DNA of 34,233 bases from a virus (IMGVR_UViG_3300025151_000010:1-34233); one strand, 5' to 3'. Shown: positions 20,325 through 29,186, numbered from the stretch's first letter. Translations and numbers: made by a program. Notes: generated from the letters alone by a model not told the origin.

Positions 20325-22163
20325 TTATGCACGTACACCGCTTACAGCGACATAGTAAGTTCCACTTGGTAATGTGCCCGATGTAATATCGCGCGTGTCC
20401 GAGGCTTGGTTTATTTCACAATGAACCATGTCCCCGTCGGAATTGTATACCGATACATTACAAGGGAATTCCGCACGGTGGGTTGTACCAGCGATTGAGA
20501 AACTTGTCGCACTTGTGAATGTTTCGTTGTACGATACATACAAGTTAGTCAATGCGACGTTGTTTCCGCTATCGTTATCCGAAGCACTTATACCCGTGTG
20601 CGAAGCATTTCCAACCATTACATCACCCACTAAATCACGAATTTCTTCGTCGCTTCTTTGAGTGTTTGTATCCGTAGCACTAAGTACGCCGTTGCTGATG
20701 CTTAGGTTTGTACCTACTTTAATACCACCAAGCGTACTTGCTGATGCCGTTGGAAGCGAGTAGGCATTTGCGCTTTCTTCAATGTTAGAAAGTTTATCTT
20801 TTTCCTCCTGGGTAAAGTTTGTGTCCGACTGAACATCTGCCGAAATAACCCCCGAAGAAATAGTAATACGGCTACCAATTTTTACCCCACCAAGGGCTGA
20901 AGCCGTTGCCGTATCCAAACTAATATCGTTGGCGTTAGCCGTAATACCAGTTCCACCAACAACATTCAAGGTAGCACTACCCGATGTTGCCCCACCAGTC
21001 AAACCGTTGCCAGCGACTACGGCAGTAATATCTCCCGAGTTGTTTGAGTATTCGGAAGTGATAGGAATGTTGTAGTACGTAGAACCATCGTTTGTGAATT
21101 GCCATCTATCGGTAGATTCATTCCAGCGTAGTAACGTGTTGGTTGACGTACCACGTTCGATTTCAATACCAGCGTTCTCTGAAGGCGTACCCGATTCATC
21201 GTTGTTCAATACAATGATGTTATCGCCCGTTGATACCGTCGTCGAGTTAATCGTAGTCGTTTCGCCATCTACACGAAGGCCACCAATGATTCTTACTTGG
21301 TCTCCAGCATCGCTACCAATGGTAATTGTGCCCGAAAGTTGACCTAAACGTGTTTGAAGATTTGAAGCGCTTACATTGACATCGGTATTCGTAGTTTGGT
21401 CTACCCAGGAGAATGTACCATCGCCGTCCGACTTAAGCACCTGGCCAGCCGTTCCGTTTGCGCCTACTTTCAATTCACTTGCGCCTACACTATTGGCATC
21501 GATTTGCGCTGAACCTACACTATCCAATGAGGCAAGTGCTCCACTTGGAATAGTTGGCGTGCCAGTAAGCGAAGAATACGCCCCGTCAAAAGATGAAGTA
21601 CCAGCCCCAATCAAAGTACGAATTTCTCCAGCCGTTACCCCAGTAGCCAAAGTTGGTGTACCACCGCCTCGGTTAATTGCTGGTTCATTCGTATTGGTTG
21701 CCCCGTCAGCGATGTTTTCTAACTTATCCTTTTCATCTTGCGTGAAATTGGCTTCCGATTGTACGTCTGCGCTAATTACACCGCTTGAAATGGTAATGCG
21801 TGAACCGATTTTTACACCCCCTAATGTAGATGCAGTAGCCGTGTCCAGGGCAATGTCATTTGCATTTGCCGTGATACCCGTACCACCGACTACGTTAAGA
21901 GTAACCGAACCACTCGTACCACCGCCCGTAAGACCAGCACCAGCCGTTACACCAGTTATGTCCCCAGTCGCTGAAGATAGGTTTACCCAAGACGACCCGT
22001 TGTAGAATCGAATTTCATTGTCCGAGGTATTGTAGTAAATCTGTCCCGCACTCGGACCTGACGGGTTTGTTGATGCGTTTTGTAAACGGGCATTCTTAAG
22101 AAGATTACCGTTTAACTCTAACGCGCCCGACAAGTCTATGTCGGAAAGAAACTTTAATGCCAT
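20325..22163 (-). CDS. long tail fibre protein (612 aa) with an internal 85-aa duplicated module
   Basis: N-terminal adaptor MALKFLSDIDLSGALELNGN...GQIYYNTSDNEIRFYNGSSW. Gly/Thr/Ser-rich repeats are present, and there is a duplicated module at aa 67-151 and 377-461. Confidence 0.8.
   Translation of the reverse strand: MALKFLSDIDLSGALELNGNLLKNARLQNASTNPSGPSAGQIYYNTSDNEIRFYNGSSWVNLSSATGDITGVTAGAGLTGGGTSGSVTLNVVGGTGITANANDIALDTATASTLGGVKIGSRITISSGVISADVQSEANFTQDEKDKLENIADGATNTNEPAINRGGGTPTLATGVTAGEIRTLIGAGTSSFDGAYSSLTGTPTIPSGALASLDSVGSAQIDANSVGASELKVGANGTAGQVLKSDGDGTFSWVDQTTNTDVNVSASNLQTRLGQLSGTITIGSDAGDQVRIIGGLRVDGETTTINSTTVSTGDNIIVLNNDESGTPSENAGIEIERGTSTNTLLRWNESTDRWQFTNDGSTYYNIPITSEYSNNSGDITAVVAGNGLTGGATSGSATLNVVGGTGITANANDISLDTATASALGGVKIGSRITISSGVISADVQSDTNFTQEEKDKLSNIEESANAYSLPTASASTLGGIKVGTNLSISNGVLSATDTNTQRSDEEIRDLVGDVMVGNASHTGISASDNDSGNNVALTNLYVSYNETFTSATSFSIAGTTHRAEFPCNVSVYNSDGDMVHCEINQASDTRDITSGTLPSGTYYVAVSGVRA
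20781..21035 (-). repeat. fibre repeat module copy 2 (aa 377-461)
   Basis: GDITAVVAGNGLTGGATSGSATLNVVGGTGITANANDISLDTATASALGGVKIGSRITISSGVISADVQSDTNFTQEEKDKLSNI. Confidence 0.85.
21711..21965 (-). repeat. fibre repeat module copy 1 (aa 67-151)
   Basis: GDITGVTAGAGLTGGGTSGSVTLNVVGGTGITANANDIALDTATASTLGGVKIGSRITISSGVISADVQSEANFTQDEKDKLENI. 74 of 85 residues are identical to copy 2. Confidence 0.85.
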
Positions 22164-22169
22164 AACTTG

Positions 22170-22493
22170 TTAATTTAAGTATGCTTTTCCACTTTCAGCC
22201 GAGTTAAATAAAACGGTCAGTTGGTTGGCTGAATCGTACCGTACCTCCGTTATCAATATGTTTCCGCCGTCGTCCACTATGGCTACGGCTGGGTGTTTAT
22301 TCAAGTTGTGGGTAATAACCCATTGGTCAGTTGCCGTACTTTGGGTGTGCGTATAATGCTTGTCCCCCGATGCCACGGCAACACGGCTCACAGTAACCGA
22401 CATAGGTGCCGAATTGGTAAGGCTTACCGAATTCGAACCCCCTTGTTGGATACTGACTGAATTGGGGTCTTGCTGGTTTACGTTTACACTCAT
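22170..22493 (-). CDS. small beta-rich virion/fibre-associated protein (107 aa)
   Basis: HYTHTQSTATDQWVITHNLNKHPAVAIVDDGGN...VRYDSANQLTVLF is a pattern I recognise from small phage fibre-associated proteins. It is coupled to the upstream gene. Confidence 0.5.
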   Translation of the reverse strand: MSVNVNQQDPNSVSIQQGGSNSVSLTNSAPMSVTVSRVAVASGDKHYTHTQSTATDQWVITHNLNKHPAVAIVDDGGNILITEVRYDSANQLTVLFNSAESGKAYLN

Positions 22494-22852
22494 TATTCAG
22501 TAACGTCATCTTTTACAATAAATAAGCCTCCAAGCCAGGTACTAACCTCGCTTGTGCTTGTATGTGTTGCTTGGACATCGTAGGTATATGTTCCCCCTTT
22601 TAAGGTCATATCCGATGCCCCTTTTTTCATCAAAAGGTTGCCCGAAGAATCCTTCGTAAAATCCGCATCGTTAAAGGTTAGCAATACAGTCGACCCCGTA
22701 CTCTTTTTTCGTACCTGGGCTTTGAATGTATACGCCGTCAAATCGATTGCGTTGTCATCTGCATCCGTCCAGTCCATGTCCAGTTTGAAGGTGTCGTGGC
22801 GCATACAAGTGATGTCGAGCGTTTCCTTTATAATGAGATTAACCTTTGCCAT
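22493..22852 (-). CDS. hypothetical beta-sandwich-like virion protein (119 aa)
   Basis: ORF in the structural block. No motif I can name. Confidence 0.5.
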   Translation of the reverse strand: MAKVNLIIKETLDITCMRHDTFKLDMDWTDADDNAIDLTAYTFKAQVRKKSTGSTVLLTFNDADFTKDSSGNLLMKKGASDMTLKGGTYTYDVQATHTSTSEVSTWLGGLFIVKDDVTE

Positions 22853-22933
22853 TTTTCTTGTTATGTGTGGAAGCCTTGGTCAAGTAAACGGTTAATTTTT
22901 TGACGTTGGTTTCTTTTGGTTTATATGTCGTTT

Positions 22934-23437
22934 TTATAGTACCCACCCAGTGAATCCGTTTTGCTTTCCAGTTGGGTAATAGCCGTCGTCCTGGTATTCC
23001 GAATACTCGGGGTACAAGTCGTTATGTAAAGCCAGGTGTCGTACAAGTTGGGTACGATAGTGGTCGGCGATATCACGTTGCTTTCTTACAAGCCCGTCTA
23101 CTTCGTTTTTTTCTACCACTTGACCCGTATCACTATTACGCTTAAAAACACCGCCATTTTCGATGCTATACGCATGAAACGAAATGAAGTCCGCTACGGC
23201 GTAATGAATCAAAACTGGCTTAACATATTTTGTAACCAGGTTTTCATATGTAGACGACAAATCGCCTTCATCAATGTCGGTAAGGATTTTCTCCAGGAGT
23301 TTAGTCCCGAGTAACCCTTGAATGTGAATGTCCTGGGCTGACTTAATAAACGGCGTAATCTTATCCGTGTCGATTGAACCGCTTAAAGCCGTTCTCGTCA
23401 TTATGTCGTCCCTGGTACAAAGTAATACTTCAGCCAT
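22934..23437 (-). CDS. putative head-tail connector/head completion protein (167 aa)
   Basis: It lies immediately downstream of the portal, and its helical composition fits. This is a weak call based on position. Confidence 0.4.
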   Translation of the reverse strand: MAEVLLCTRDDIMTRTALSGSIDTDKITPFIKSAQDIHIQGLLGTKLLEKILTDIDEGDLSSTYENLVTKYVKPVLIHYAVADFISFHAYSIENGGVFKRNSDTGQVVEKNEVDGLVRKQRDIADHYRTQLVRHLALHNDLYPEYSEYQDDGYYPTGKQNGFTGWVL

Positions 23438-23438
23438 C

Positions 23439-25226
23439 TTATCTGTTTAATCGTCCCCCGTCGGGCATATCAATTGGTCGGGTTTGCGCCGTTGTCCATT
23501 CCTTTGGTTGGAATTTATCTCCTGGCACACCAGCCGAACGGGCTTCGTTGTCCGTAACTCGCTTATCATTTTCGAGGTCTGCAGTAGTGGAATTCGGTAG
23601 GAACTGCCCCTTGTCCCCACGCTTTCTAAAGTATACTAATCGCTTCCAGGCGTGATGACAATTTACGCCACCCTTGAATCTCCATATTGAATATGTGCTC
23701 GTTCCCTGGGGAGCGAATTCGGTGTTAACCTGGCCGTCCATTGAATCAATATCCTCACGGCGATATACTACCCCCATCTTGGCGTTGTTTACCATATTCT
23801 TGCAGAAGGTTCGGCTATTGGTTGAATTGCTTTGTGGCGTATATGCGTATCGGATTTTGTATAAGCCCGAATCATCTTCACTCTTGTTTGTAGGATTGGC
23901 AAACCGCTTAAAGAATTTGTACTTTTCTTCTTCGGCATCGGGGTCGCTAACGATTTCCTCGTCAATCAATTCCCATTCTTCCTCGTCGATGGTTTCCCCT
24001 CTTTCGTATAGGAATTCAAGCCACTTTTCCTCGTCGTCGTTTGACATATCCTGGAATGCCTGGGCTTGTGCTTTATCGCTGGACAATTCAACGCCCGTTT
24101 CTTTCTCCTGGGTTTCCTTGTCAACCGCTTTACCCGACAAGTCTACAAATTCAAGTGGCTGAAGTGTCTTGAAGTACATATTCAAGTTGTAGCCATTTTC
24201 ATTCATTACCTCGGCAATCGCATCGATGATAATTTGCTGGAAAGGACGAATAACGATGTTGTCGAATAGGGTTGAAGCCGATTTCAATTCTTCGGCGTTG
24301 TTACCCAGCCCCGTGTTGTCCTTGATACCCAATAACATAGGTGAAGTGATACGGTGGCTTACCATTATTTTCGTCATACATTCGTTCGACAAAAACTGGT
24401 ACTGATTGTGTGCATCACTTAACTGAATAGGCTCGATTGTAGCCGCTGAATCTTTATCCTCGTTAAAGGCTAAAACCAATTTCCCAGCATTAGACGAGCC
24501 ACTAAATTTATGTAGAATCTTAGATTCAATTTGTTGTTGTTTGCGCTCGTCGGGAATCCCATTATTCATGTTCAATATCATTGTCGGCGTCATGCCGTTT
24601 TTGATATTGTTGAGGTGGTAGTTAGCGATTTCGCCTTCAAGTTCAGCGTACTGAAGTCCCCCCTGGTAATCTACTGGGTTGAAGTATTCGTTGCCCGTTG
24701 AGTAAGGCTTAATCACATAAATACAAACGGGGCTATTTTTCTCGAATCCAAATGCTGGAATTCTTGTTGGTTCGTCTTTTTGGCTATACTCTGCCCAGTT
24801 AGGATGATAGTAATACGCTTCGATTTCCCCGTCCTCGTTCATCTTCTCGGGACGTAGGGTATGAATAGGGAAGTGCTCGGCTTGTACGAAGCGTTTTCCG
24901 TCCTTGCTTTTAATTAACTGGAAACTTGCTTGTCCCAGCATCTTAAAGTCCATGACAACCTTTCTAATACAACTATCACGGAACATCTTTTTAAGGTGCA
25001 CGTAGCCTTCAAGGTTACGGTCGGCTTTGACTACCTCCAGTCCAGCACCAAACACCAGGTCGGAAATTCCCTTTACTGCGGCGTTATTTGTTGGGCTTGA
25101 ATGGTACAAATTGATTAGGTGTTGGAAGTAGTTGTTATCCTCCCCGTAGTTTACCCATTCATTGCGCTTGTCCTCAATTATTTGAGGGCTGGAGTATTGA
25201 CTTAATTGTAAGAATCTTACGCTCAT
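23439..25226 (-). CDS. portal protein with C-terminal MuF/SPP1-gp7-like head-morphogenesis domain (595 aa)
   Basis: The size and N-terminal portal-like region (YFQHLINLYHSSPTNNAAVKGISDLVFGAGLEV) fit a portal. After an acidic linker the C-terminus carries NSRTFCKNMVNNAKMGVVYRREDI...GGVNCHHAW, reminiscent of the MuF minor-head motif. Confidence 0.65.
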   Translation of the reverse strand: MSVRFLQLSQYSSPQIIEDKRNEWVNYGEDNNYFQHLINLYHSSPTNNAAVKGISDLVFGAGLEVVKADRNLEGYVHLKKMFRDSCIRKVVMDFKMLGQASFQLIKSKDGKRFVQAEHFPIHTLRPEKMNEDGEIEAYYYHPNWAEYSQKDEPTRIPAFGFEKNSPVCIYVIKPYSTGNEYFNPVDYQGGLQYAELEGEIANYHLNNIKNGMTPTMILNMNNGIPDERKQQQIESKILHKFSGSSNAGKLVLAFNEDKDSAATIEPIQLSDAHNQYQFLSNECMTKIMVSHRITSPMLLGIKDNTGLGNNAEELKSASTLFDNIVIRPFQQIIIDAIAEVMNENGYNLNMYFKTLQPLEFVDLSGKAVDKETQEKETGVELSSDKAQAQAFQDMSNDDEEKWLEFLYERGETIDEEEWELIDEEIVSDPDAEEEKYKFFKRFANPTNKSEDDSGLYKIRYAYTPQSNSTNSRTFCKNMVNNAKMGVVYRREDIDSMDGQVNTEFAPQGTSTYSIWRFKGGVNCHHAWKRLVYFRKRGDKGQFLPNSTTADLENDKRVTDNEARSAGVPGDKFQPKEWTTAQTRPIDMPDGGRLNR

Positions 25227-25561
25227 AGCGTCATAAATTTATTGTCAAAGCCTAACTCGTGTTCGTACTTGTCCTTCAGCACCGAGTACGCATCTAATTC
25301 CGTTTGCGAAGTGGCGTAAACCTTGCCTCGGTAAACTGGAATTTCGTTCGAATCTCGTAAGGTAATTGCGTACCATTTTCCCTCCTCAAAGTGGTAATCG
25401 AAAGCCAGGCTTCGATATGAATTGGAAGTGGTTACAACGACCTCGGGTGTTGAAGTTTCTTTACTGTAATCATCACGAATAGTCAATTCCAGGTCGCCCG
25501 TATATTTACGTGTTGCAACCTTTAGTGAATGTTCCGACTGATTAGGATTAACGATGTTCAT
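25223..25561 (-). CDS. hypothetical head-module protein (112 aa)
   Basis: Start placed at MNIVNPNQ (25561), immediately after the CGTTATAGTAAT motif. It has an ATGA overlap with the portal. Confidence 0.6.
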   Translation of the reverse strand: MNIVNPNQSEHSLKVATRKYTGDLELTIRDDYSKETSTPEVVVTTSNSYRSLAFDYHFEEGKWYAITLRDSNEIPVYRGKVYATSQTELDAYSVLKDKYEHELGFDNKFMTL

Positions 25562-25593
25562 ATTACTATAACGCAAGAATCCCTTTTTGTTAC
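25559..25593 (-). promoter_or_regulatory. late-type motif copy L2: GTAAC-N15-CGTTATAGTAAT-ATG
   Basis: Minus strand reads GTAACAAAAAGGGATTCTTGCGTTATAGTAATATG, directly after a terminator. Confidence 0.5.
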
Positions 25594-25594
25594 C

Positions 25595-25619
25595 AAAAAA
25601 AAAGAGGGCAATGCCCTCT
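25595..25619 (-). terminator. rho-independent terminator closing the second small-gene cassette
   Basis: Minus strand reads AGAGGGC-ATT-GCCCTCT followed by T9. Confidence 0.75.
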
Positions 25620-25622
25620 CTC

Positions 25623-25760
25623 TTAATTTCCTGGCCAGTACATTATCCTGGCATCTTCGCTATAACCGTATTTTAATGCGATTTGAACGGCTTTCTCCTC
25701 GTCGGGGCATAGAATGTACATCTTGCCTACATTTGGGTGCATTAGAACGAAGATTTTCAT
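25623..25760 (-). CDS. hypothetical peptide (45 aa)
   Basis: Start MKIFVLMHPN at 25760 forms an ATGA overlap with the upstream stop. Confidence 0.45.
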   Translation of the reverse strand: MKIFVLMHPNVGKMYILCPDEEKAVQIALKYGYSEDARIMYWPGN

Positions 25761-25978
25761 TTCCAGTAAAAAGTGGTTTCTTCTTCGTCGAATGAAACCT
25801 GGGGTTCGCAAGAGTAATACATCTTCATTTCCTCCAGGTGCATCTTACGTTCGCTCGGGCTCATTGCTATGGTAACGCCGAGGTCATCTTTCTTCATTTC
25901 CCAAAAGTGGTAATACAATTCCAGTTGGGAAAGGATTGCCCGTTTAACGGCTTTCTCGTGAATGTTCAATCTAACCAT
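25757..25978 (-). CDS. hypothetical protein (73 aa)
   Basis: Start MVRLNIHEKAV at 25978 gives an 8-nt overlap with the upstream gene. Confidence 0.5.
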   Translation of the reverse strand: MVRLNIHEKAVKRAILSQLELYYHFWEMKKDDLGVTIAMSPSERKMHLEEMKMYYSCEPQVSFDEEETTFYWK

Positions 25979-26192
25979 TTTGTAATCGTCTTTGCATTTT
26001 AACGGCTTCTTGTAGACAAGCCAGTTTATCTCTCCAGTGGTAAGCAAACGGAATATCAATATCTTGGTCGAATTCTAAAACGTATTCGTAAGGTATCATA
26101 CCCCCTTGCACCACTCTTGTCTTGAAATGCTCCAGGCGAAACTTACAAACGCCCGTGCGCATATAGATTAGGTCATAGAAAGCGCTACTCAT
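25971..26192 (-). CDS. hypothetical protein (73 aa)
   Basis: ORF with an ATGA overlap at 26189..26192. Confidence 0.55.
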   Translation of the reverse strand: MSSAFYDLIYMRTGVCKFRLEHFKTRVVQGGMIPYEYVLEFDQDIDIPFAYHWRDKLACLQEAVKMQRRLQNG

Positions 26193-26494
26193 GATGCTTG
26201 GATTTTTTTCATTAGACGGTTAATTGCACGACGGTTCAAATCGCCTACCACGGGGCATTGAATTCCCTGGGCTTTACGATGCCATTTTTTGGTGTTCCAA
26301 AGGTCGGGTTGACCTACTGGCCAAACGGCTACCTCGAATAAATCGTGTTTGTGTACTAACGGAGAAGTAGTCCATGTGCCTCTTGTCCACATACCGCTTA
26401 TCACGGATACGACTTGACCGTTGATTTCAATTTGTCCTCGTATGCCTTCGATATCCTTGCAAGGCTTAAATACGATGTCCTTAAATGTTTTCAT
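26189..26494 (-). CDS. hypothetical protein (101 aa)
   Basis: Start MKTFKDIVFKP at 26494 follows the leader AACCAAAATATAAAGGAA. The longer track ORF begins inside hairpin H2. Confidence 0.55.
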   Translation of the reverse strand: MKTFKDIVFKPCKDIEGIRGQIEINGQVVSVISGMWTRGTWTTSPLVHKHDLFEVAVWPVGQPDLWNTKKWHRKAQGIQCPVVGDLNRRAINRLMKKIQAS

Positions 26495-26525
26495 TTCCTT
26501 TATATTTTGGTTTCTACTGACAAAA

Positions 26526-26549
26526 CCTGGCATTTGTTTCAGTGCCAGG
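26526..26549 (-). promoter_or_regulatory. conserved-loop hairpin H2 (partner of 4133..4156)
   Basis: Plus strand reads cctggca-tttgtttcag-tgccagg. Confidence 0.55.
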
Positions 26550-26570
26550 CGTTGTCGATGTTGGTTGTGA

Positions 26571-26834
26571 TTACTCTGCTACGTCGTAGATTCTTGACAT
26601 TAGGTTTAACCACTCTGCGTACAATAGTGGTTCGTCGTTTACCACTTTTACAATCTTCCACTTAAGGTCATCGTAAATAACCCCGTCGTAAAGGGCTGAA
26701 AGTTCGTTACATACTGTCCAGTAGTCAAATTCAAACTTTTCTCTGTTAGTGAAGAAGTAAGCATCTAAGTTGCGTACCAATTTCATGTCGTCCATTAGGA
26801 AAGTTTCGTGGCGGTTGAATTTCAAGTATCCCAT
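26571..26834 (-). CDS. hypothetical protein (87 aa), first gene after early promoter P5
   Basis: Start MGYLKFNRHE at 26834 follows the leader AACCAAAAAAAGAGAAAAA. The track start at 26867 lies inside the promoter. Confidence 0.55.
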   Translation of the reverse strand: MGYLKFNRHETFLMDDMKLVRNLDAYFFTNREKFEFDYWTVCNELSALYDGVIYDDLKWKIVKVVNDEPLLYAEWLNLMSRIYDVAE

Positions 26835-26863
26835 TTTTTCTCTTTTTTTGGTTGTTTGATAGT

Positions 26864-26898
26864 CCAAACTACGGAACTATATTTTAGTTCTACAACAC
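26864..26898 (-). promoter_or_regulatory. conserved early promoter element P5
   Basis: Minus strand reads GTGTTGTAGAACTAAAATATAGTTCCGTAGTTTGG. Confidence 0.55.
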
Positions 26899-26915
26899 TA
26901 AACTGAAAAAAAAAC

Positions 26916-26946
26916 AAAAAAAAAGGGGCTGACCGAAGCCAACCCC
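26916..26946 (-). terminator. rho-independent terminator after the tail-tube-like gene
   Basis: Minus strand reads GGGGTTGGC-TTCG-GTCAGCCCC (UUCG tetraloop; two G-U pairs valid only in minus-strand RNA) followed by T9 G T9. Confidence 0.8.
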
Positions 26947-26971
26947 AGGGGATACTTACTAAAACCACTAC

Positions 26972-27508
26972 TTAACTCCCCGCTACAATCGTAATGTGGT
27001 CATCAATATCATTCGTTACTGAAATGAAATTTGCTGGTTCCTTCTCCTGGGCAGTAAGGGTAATTGTGTACCCGTACAAATCGCCCATCGCCGCACCAGT
27101 AGCCACAGTACCACCAGTAACTTCACAACCGTGCTCAAGACCCATCATCCAGTAAGCGCCGTTGTTATCTTCAACGATTACGTGTGGACGGCCGTAAGCC
27201 ATTAGTTTAAGTTGCTTGTGCATTTCTTTAGTTAAGCCTTTCAATTGAAGTGAAAGTACTTGCTCAAAGAATACCGTGCCGTTTTCGCGTGATGCGTTAA
27301 TTGTTTCTTCGAAGGAATTAGTTCCTCGTAGGTCGTATTTGTAACCAGTAGGTTCAGTCGTACCATCAGCCTCCGTGATGTCGGTGATTTCGCCGTCCGA
27401 ACCATTTGTTACTTCCAAAGGCTGGTAGTTGATGAAATAAACCGCTTTCAGACCCCCTACTTTGTCCTTACAAGGTTCTAAACGTCCAAGTGTTAAATTA
27501 CAAGACAT
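26972..27508 (-). CDS. putative major tail (tube) protein (178 aa)
   Basis: The pattern CNLTLGRLEPCKDKVGGLKAVYFINY...GRPHVIVEDNNGAYWMMGLEHGCEV...YGYTITLTAQE is one I recognise from siphovirus tail-tube proteins of Bacteroidota phages. It lies downstream of the capsid gene. Confidence 0.55.
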   Translation of the reverse strand: MSCNLTLGRLEPCKDKVGGLKAVYFINYQPLEVTNGSDGEITDITEADGTTEPTGYKYDLRGTNSFEETINASRENGTVFFEQVLSLQLKGLTKEMHKQLKLMAYGRPHVIVEDNNGAYWMMGLEHGCEVTGGTVATGAAMGDLYGYTITLTAQEKEPANFISVTNDIDDHITIVAGS

Positions 27509-27524
27509 AAAATTTAATTTTTAG

Positions 27525-27554
27525 GAGGAAAAGAAGCCAGGTTTTACCCTGGCT
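27525..27554 (-). terminator. hairpin/attenuator after the major capsid gene
   Basis: Minus strand reads AGCCAGG-GTAAAA-CCTGGCT followed by TCTTTTCC. Confidence 0.5.
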
Positions 27555-27567
27555 CCGTCCCAGTTTA

Positions 27568-28437
27568 TTATCGATTCAATACCACTTCGCTACCGATACC
27601 GAAGTCTACGGCACGAGTGAAGCGCATTACAAAGCGTACGTTTTGCGAGCCATCGATGTCCGCCATGTCAATGACACGTACTTCGTTGTGGTCGTTCAAT
27701 AGACCAGTCGCAAAATATAGGTTTGACTTACGCGCCGCTACGATTTGGTCTGCACCCAATCCAGGAGCAACGAACATATCTTTACCTTCGAAGTTCAAAG
27801 GCTTCGCACCTACTGAGTACATATCGTTATAACCAGCCGTACCGAGGTAACGCATATATAGTTTCGCAATCTTAGGAGAAACGTACAACGTCAAATCTTC
27901 TTCGTCGTAGATTTCAGTTGGGATAGCATCGATTACGTCAGCCAATTCGTCGTCAACATTTGTTGCATCCAATGTACGAGTTGAAGCGTTGTTTACTACG
28001 CTCGAACCCGATGCGTTGAATTTAGTGTCCAATGAAGACCAAATAAACTGCTCGTTGTTCTTAGCCACGTGCGCCGCCATTTGACCAATCAAGTAGTCGC
28101 TGAAAGATGGAGGAAGGCTATCGTGTGCTGAGTAACCCATTGAAATCGCTTCCCAGTCGCTGTGAAAGTCTGACTTACACAAAGATAGGTTGACTTGCTT
28201 TTCTTCGGGAGTAATTACTCTTTCGCCCAAAGTAACTGCACCAGCATCGCTGAAATCACAAGATGCGTCGGCTACAAGACCCGAGGCGGTAAATGTTTTA
28301 AGTACTTGCTTGTACTTTACGTTTGGCATGATAGTGATTGCACTTTCATCCAATGTTTTAGCCGATAGGAGTGCTGCTGAAATATATCCTGCAGCCTTCT
28401 CACCAGCGTAAGTTGTAGTAATTGTTGGTGTTGCCAT
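27568..28437 (-). CDS. major capsid protein, HK97-fold type (289 aa)
   Basis: It follows the protease and scaffold genes. The N-terminus is MATPTITTTYAGEKAAGYISAALLSAKTLDESAITIMPNVKYKQVL, and the overall composition is typical of MCPs. Confidence 0.8.
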   Translation of the reverse strand: MATPTITTTYAGEKAAGYISAALLSAKTLDESAITIMPNVKYKQVLKTFTASGLVADASCDFSDAGAVTLGERVITPEEKQVNLSLCKSDFHSDWEAISMGYSAHDSLPPSFSDYLIGQMAAHVAKNNEQFIWSSLDTKFNASGSSVVNNASTRTLDATNVDDELADVIDAIPTEIYDEEDLTLYVSPKIAKLYMRYLGTAGYNDMYSVGAKPLNFEGKDMFVAPGLGADQIVAARKSNLYFATGLLNDHNEVRVIDMADIDGSQNVRFVMRFTRAVDFGIGSEVVLNR

Positions 28438-28443
28438 GATTTA

Positions 28444-29154
28444 CTATTTATTAAATAATCGGTTATAAACTCGGCTTTCAGTCGTGTTGTTTTGGACTTT
28501 AGCCTTAAAGAATTCCTTACGTTGTGCTACTGCTTCAACGCTATGCTTCAAAGGTTGAGCCGCTGGTTCCTCGGCCAGTTTAGACTTAAGTTCCTCAACT
28601 TCAGCCGATAGGGCTACTCGCTGGGCTTCTACTTCTGCTAACTGCTTAGACCACTCGTCCTTTTCCGCCTGGAATTTAACTTCCATTTCGCTAATCTGCT
28701 TTTCGAATTGCATTTCAACCGACTTGCTTTCGGTTTGAATTACACGCTTCGGCTCGGCCGTTGCTGGTGCTGATTCTACTTGCATCTTTTCTTCGTCATC
28801 GTATCCAGCCTCCACTTCGCCTTCTGCTGGGGCTTCTGCTGGGGCTGGTGCTTCTTCTTCCTCACTTGGTTGCTCCTCGTATGCTTCGATAACGCCCTGG
28901 TCATTTACCATCATCACGTTGCCGTCTTCCATAGCGTAGTGCCCCTCAGGTGCTGGAATTCTCTCGCCATCTTCAGTCAATACAAACACCGCATCGCCTG
29001 GGGCAAATGAATCGCTTTCGAATACGACGTCCCCTTCTGCTTGTTTGCGTTGTTCGAATTTAACCTCAACAACGGGAGTTTCTTGTACTTGCTCGGCTTC
29101 TTTTTCCATGCCGAGGTAGGTCATGATTTTACCTAATGTAGTTTCTGCATTCAT
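28444..29154 (-). CDS. scaffolding protein (236 aa)
   Basis: Highly acidic (EEQPSEEEEAPAPAEAPAEGEVEAGYDDEE) with a C-terminal coiled coil. It lies between the protease and the MCP. Confidence 0.7.
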   Translation of the reverse strand: MNAETTLGKIMTYLGMEKEAEQVQETPVVEVKFEQRKQAEGDVVFESDSFAPGDAVFVLTEDGERIPAPEGHYAMEDGNVMMVNDQGVIEAYEEQPSEEEEAPAPAEAPAEGEVEAGYDDEEKMQVESAPATAEPKRVIQTESKSVEMQFEKQISEMEVKFQAEKDEWSKQLAEVEAQRVALSAEVEELKSKLAEEPAAQPLKHSVEAVAQRKEFFKAKVQNNTTESRVYNRLFNK

Positions 29155-29186
29155 AGTATTATAACGCTTATAAATTATTGTGTTCC
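29152..29186 (-). promoter_or_regulatory. late-type motif copy L3: GGAAC-N15-CGTTATAATACT-ATG
   Basis: Minus strand reads GGAACACAATAATTTATAAGCGTTATAATACTATG. Confidence 0.5.

Noticed and set aside
21376-22005. Long plus-strand ORFs in the track: 21376..22005 (209 aa), 31414..31998 (194 aa), 32791..33288, 23674..24162, 10458..10931, 12206..12625, 14816..15202, 17183..17566, 2916..3251 and 5025..5345, plus the many 60-100 aa ones.
   Set aside because: Each lies antisense to a long, motif-bearing minus-strand gene. Their compositions are low-complexity or odd (Pro/Ser/Val runs). They have no leader or promoter signals and show no coupling pattern. I treat them as shadow ORFs.
22425-22445. tRNA-like T-loop sequence GGGGGTTCGAATTC on the minus strand.
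   Set aside because: There is no complementary T-stem, acceptor stem or anticodon arm around it, and it lies inside a coding ORF (22170..22493). I found no tRNA, rRNA or CRISPR array anywhere in the window.
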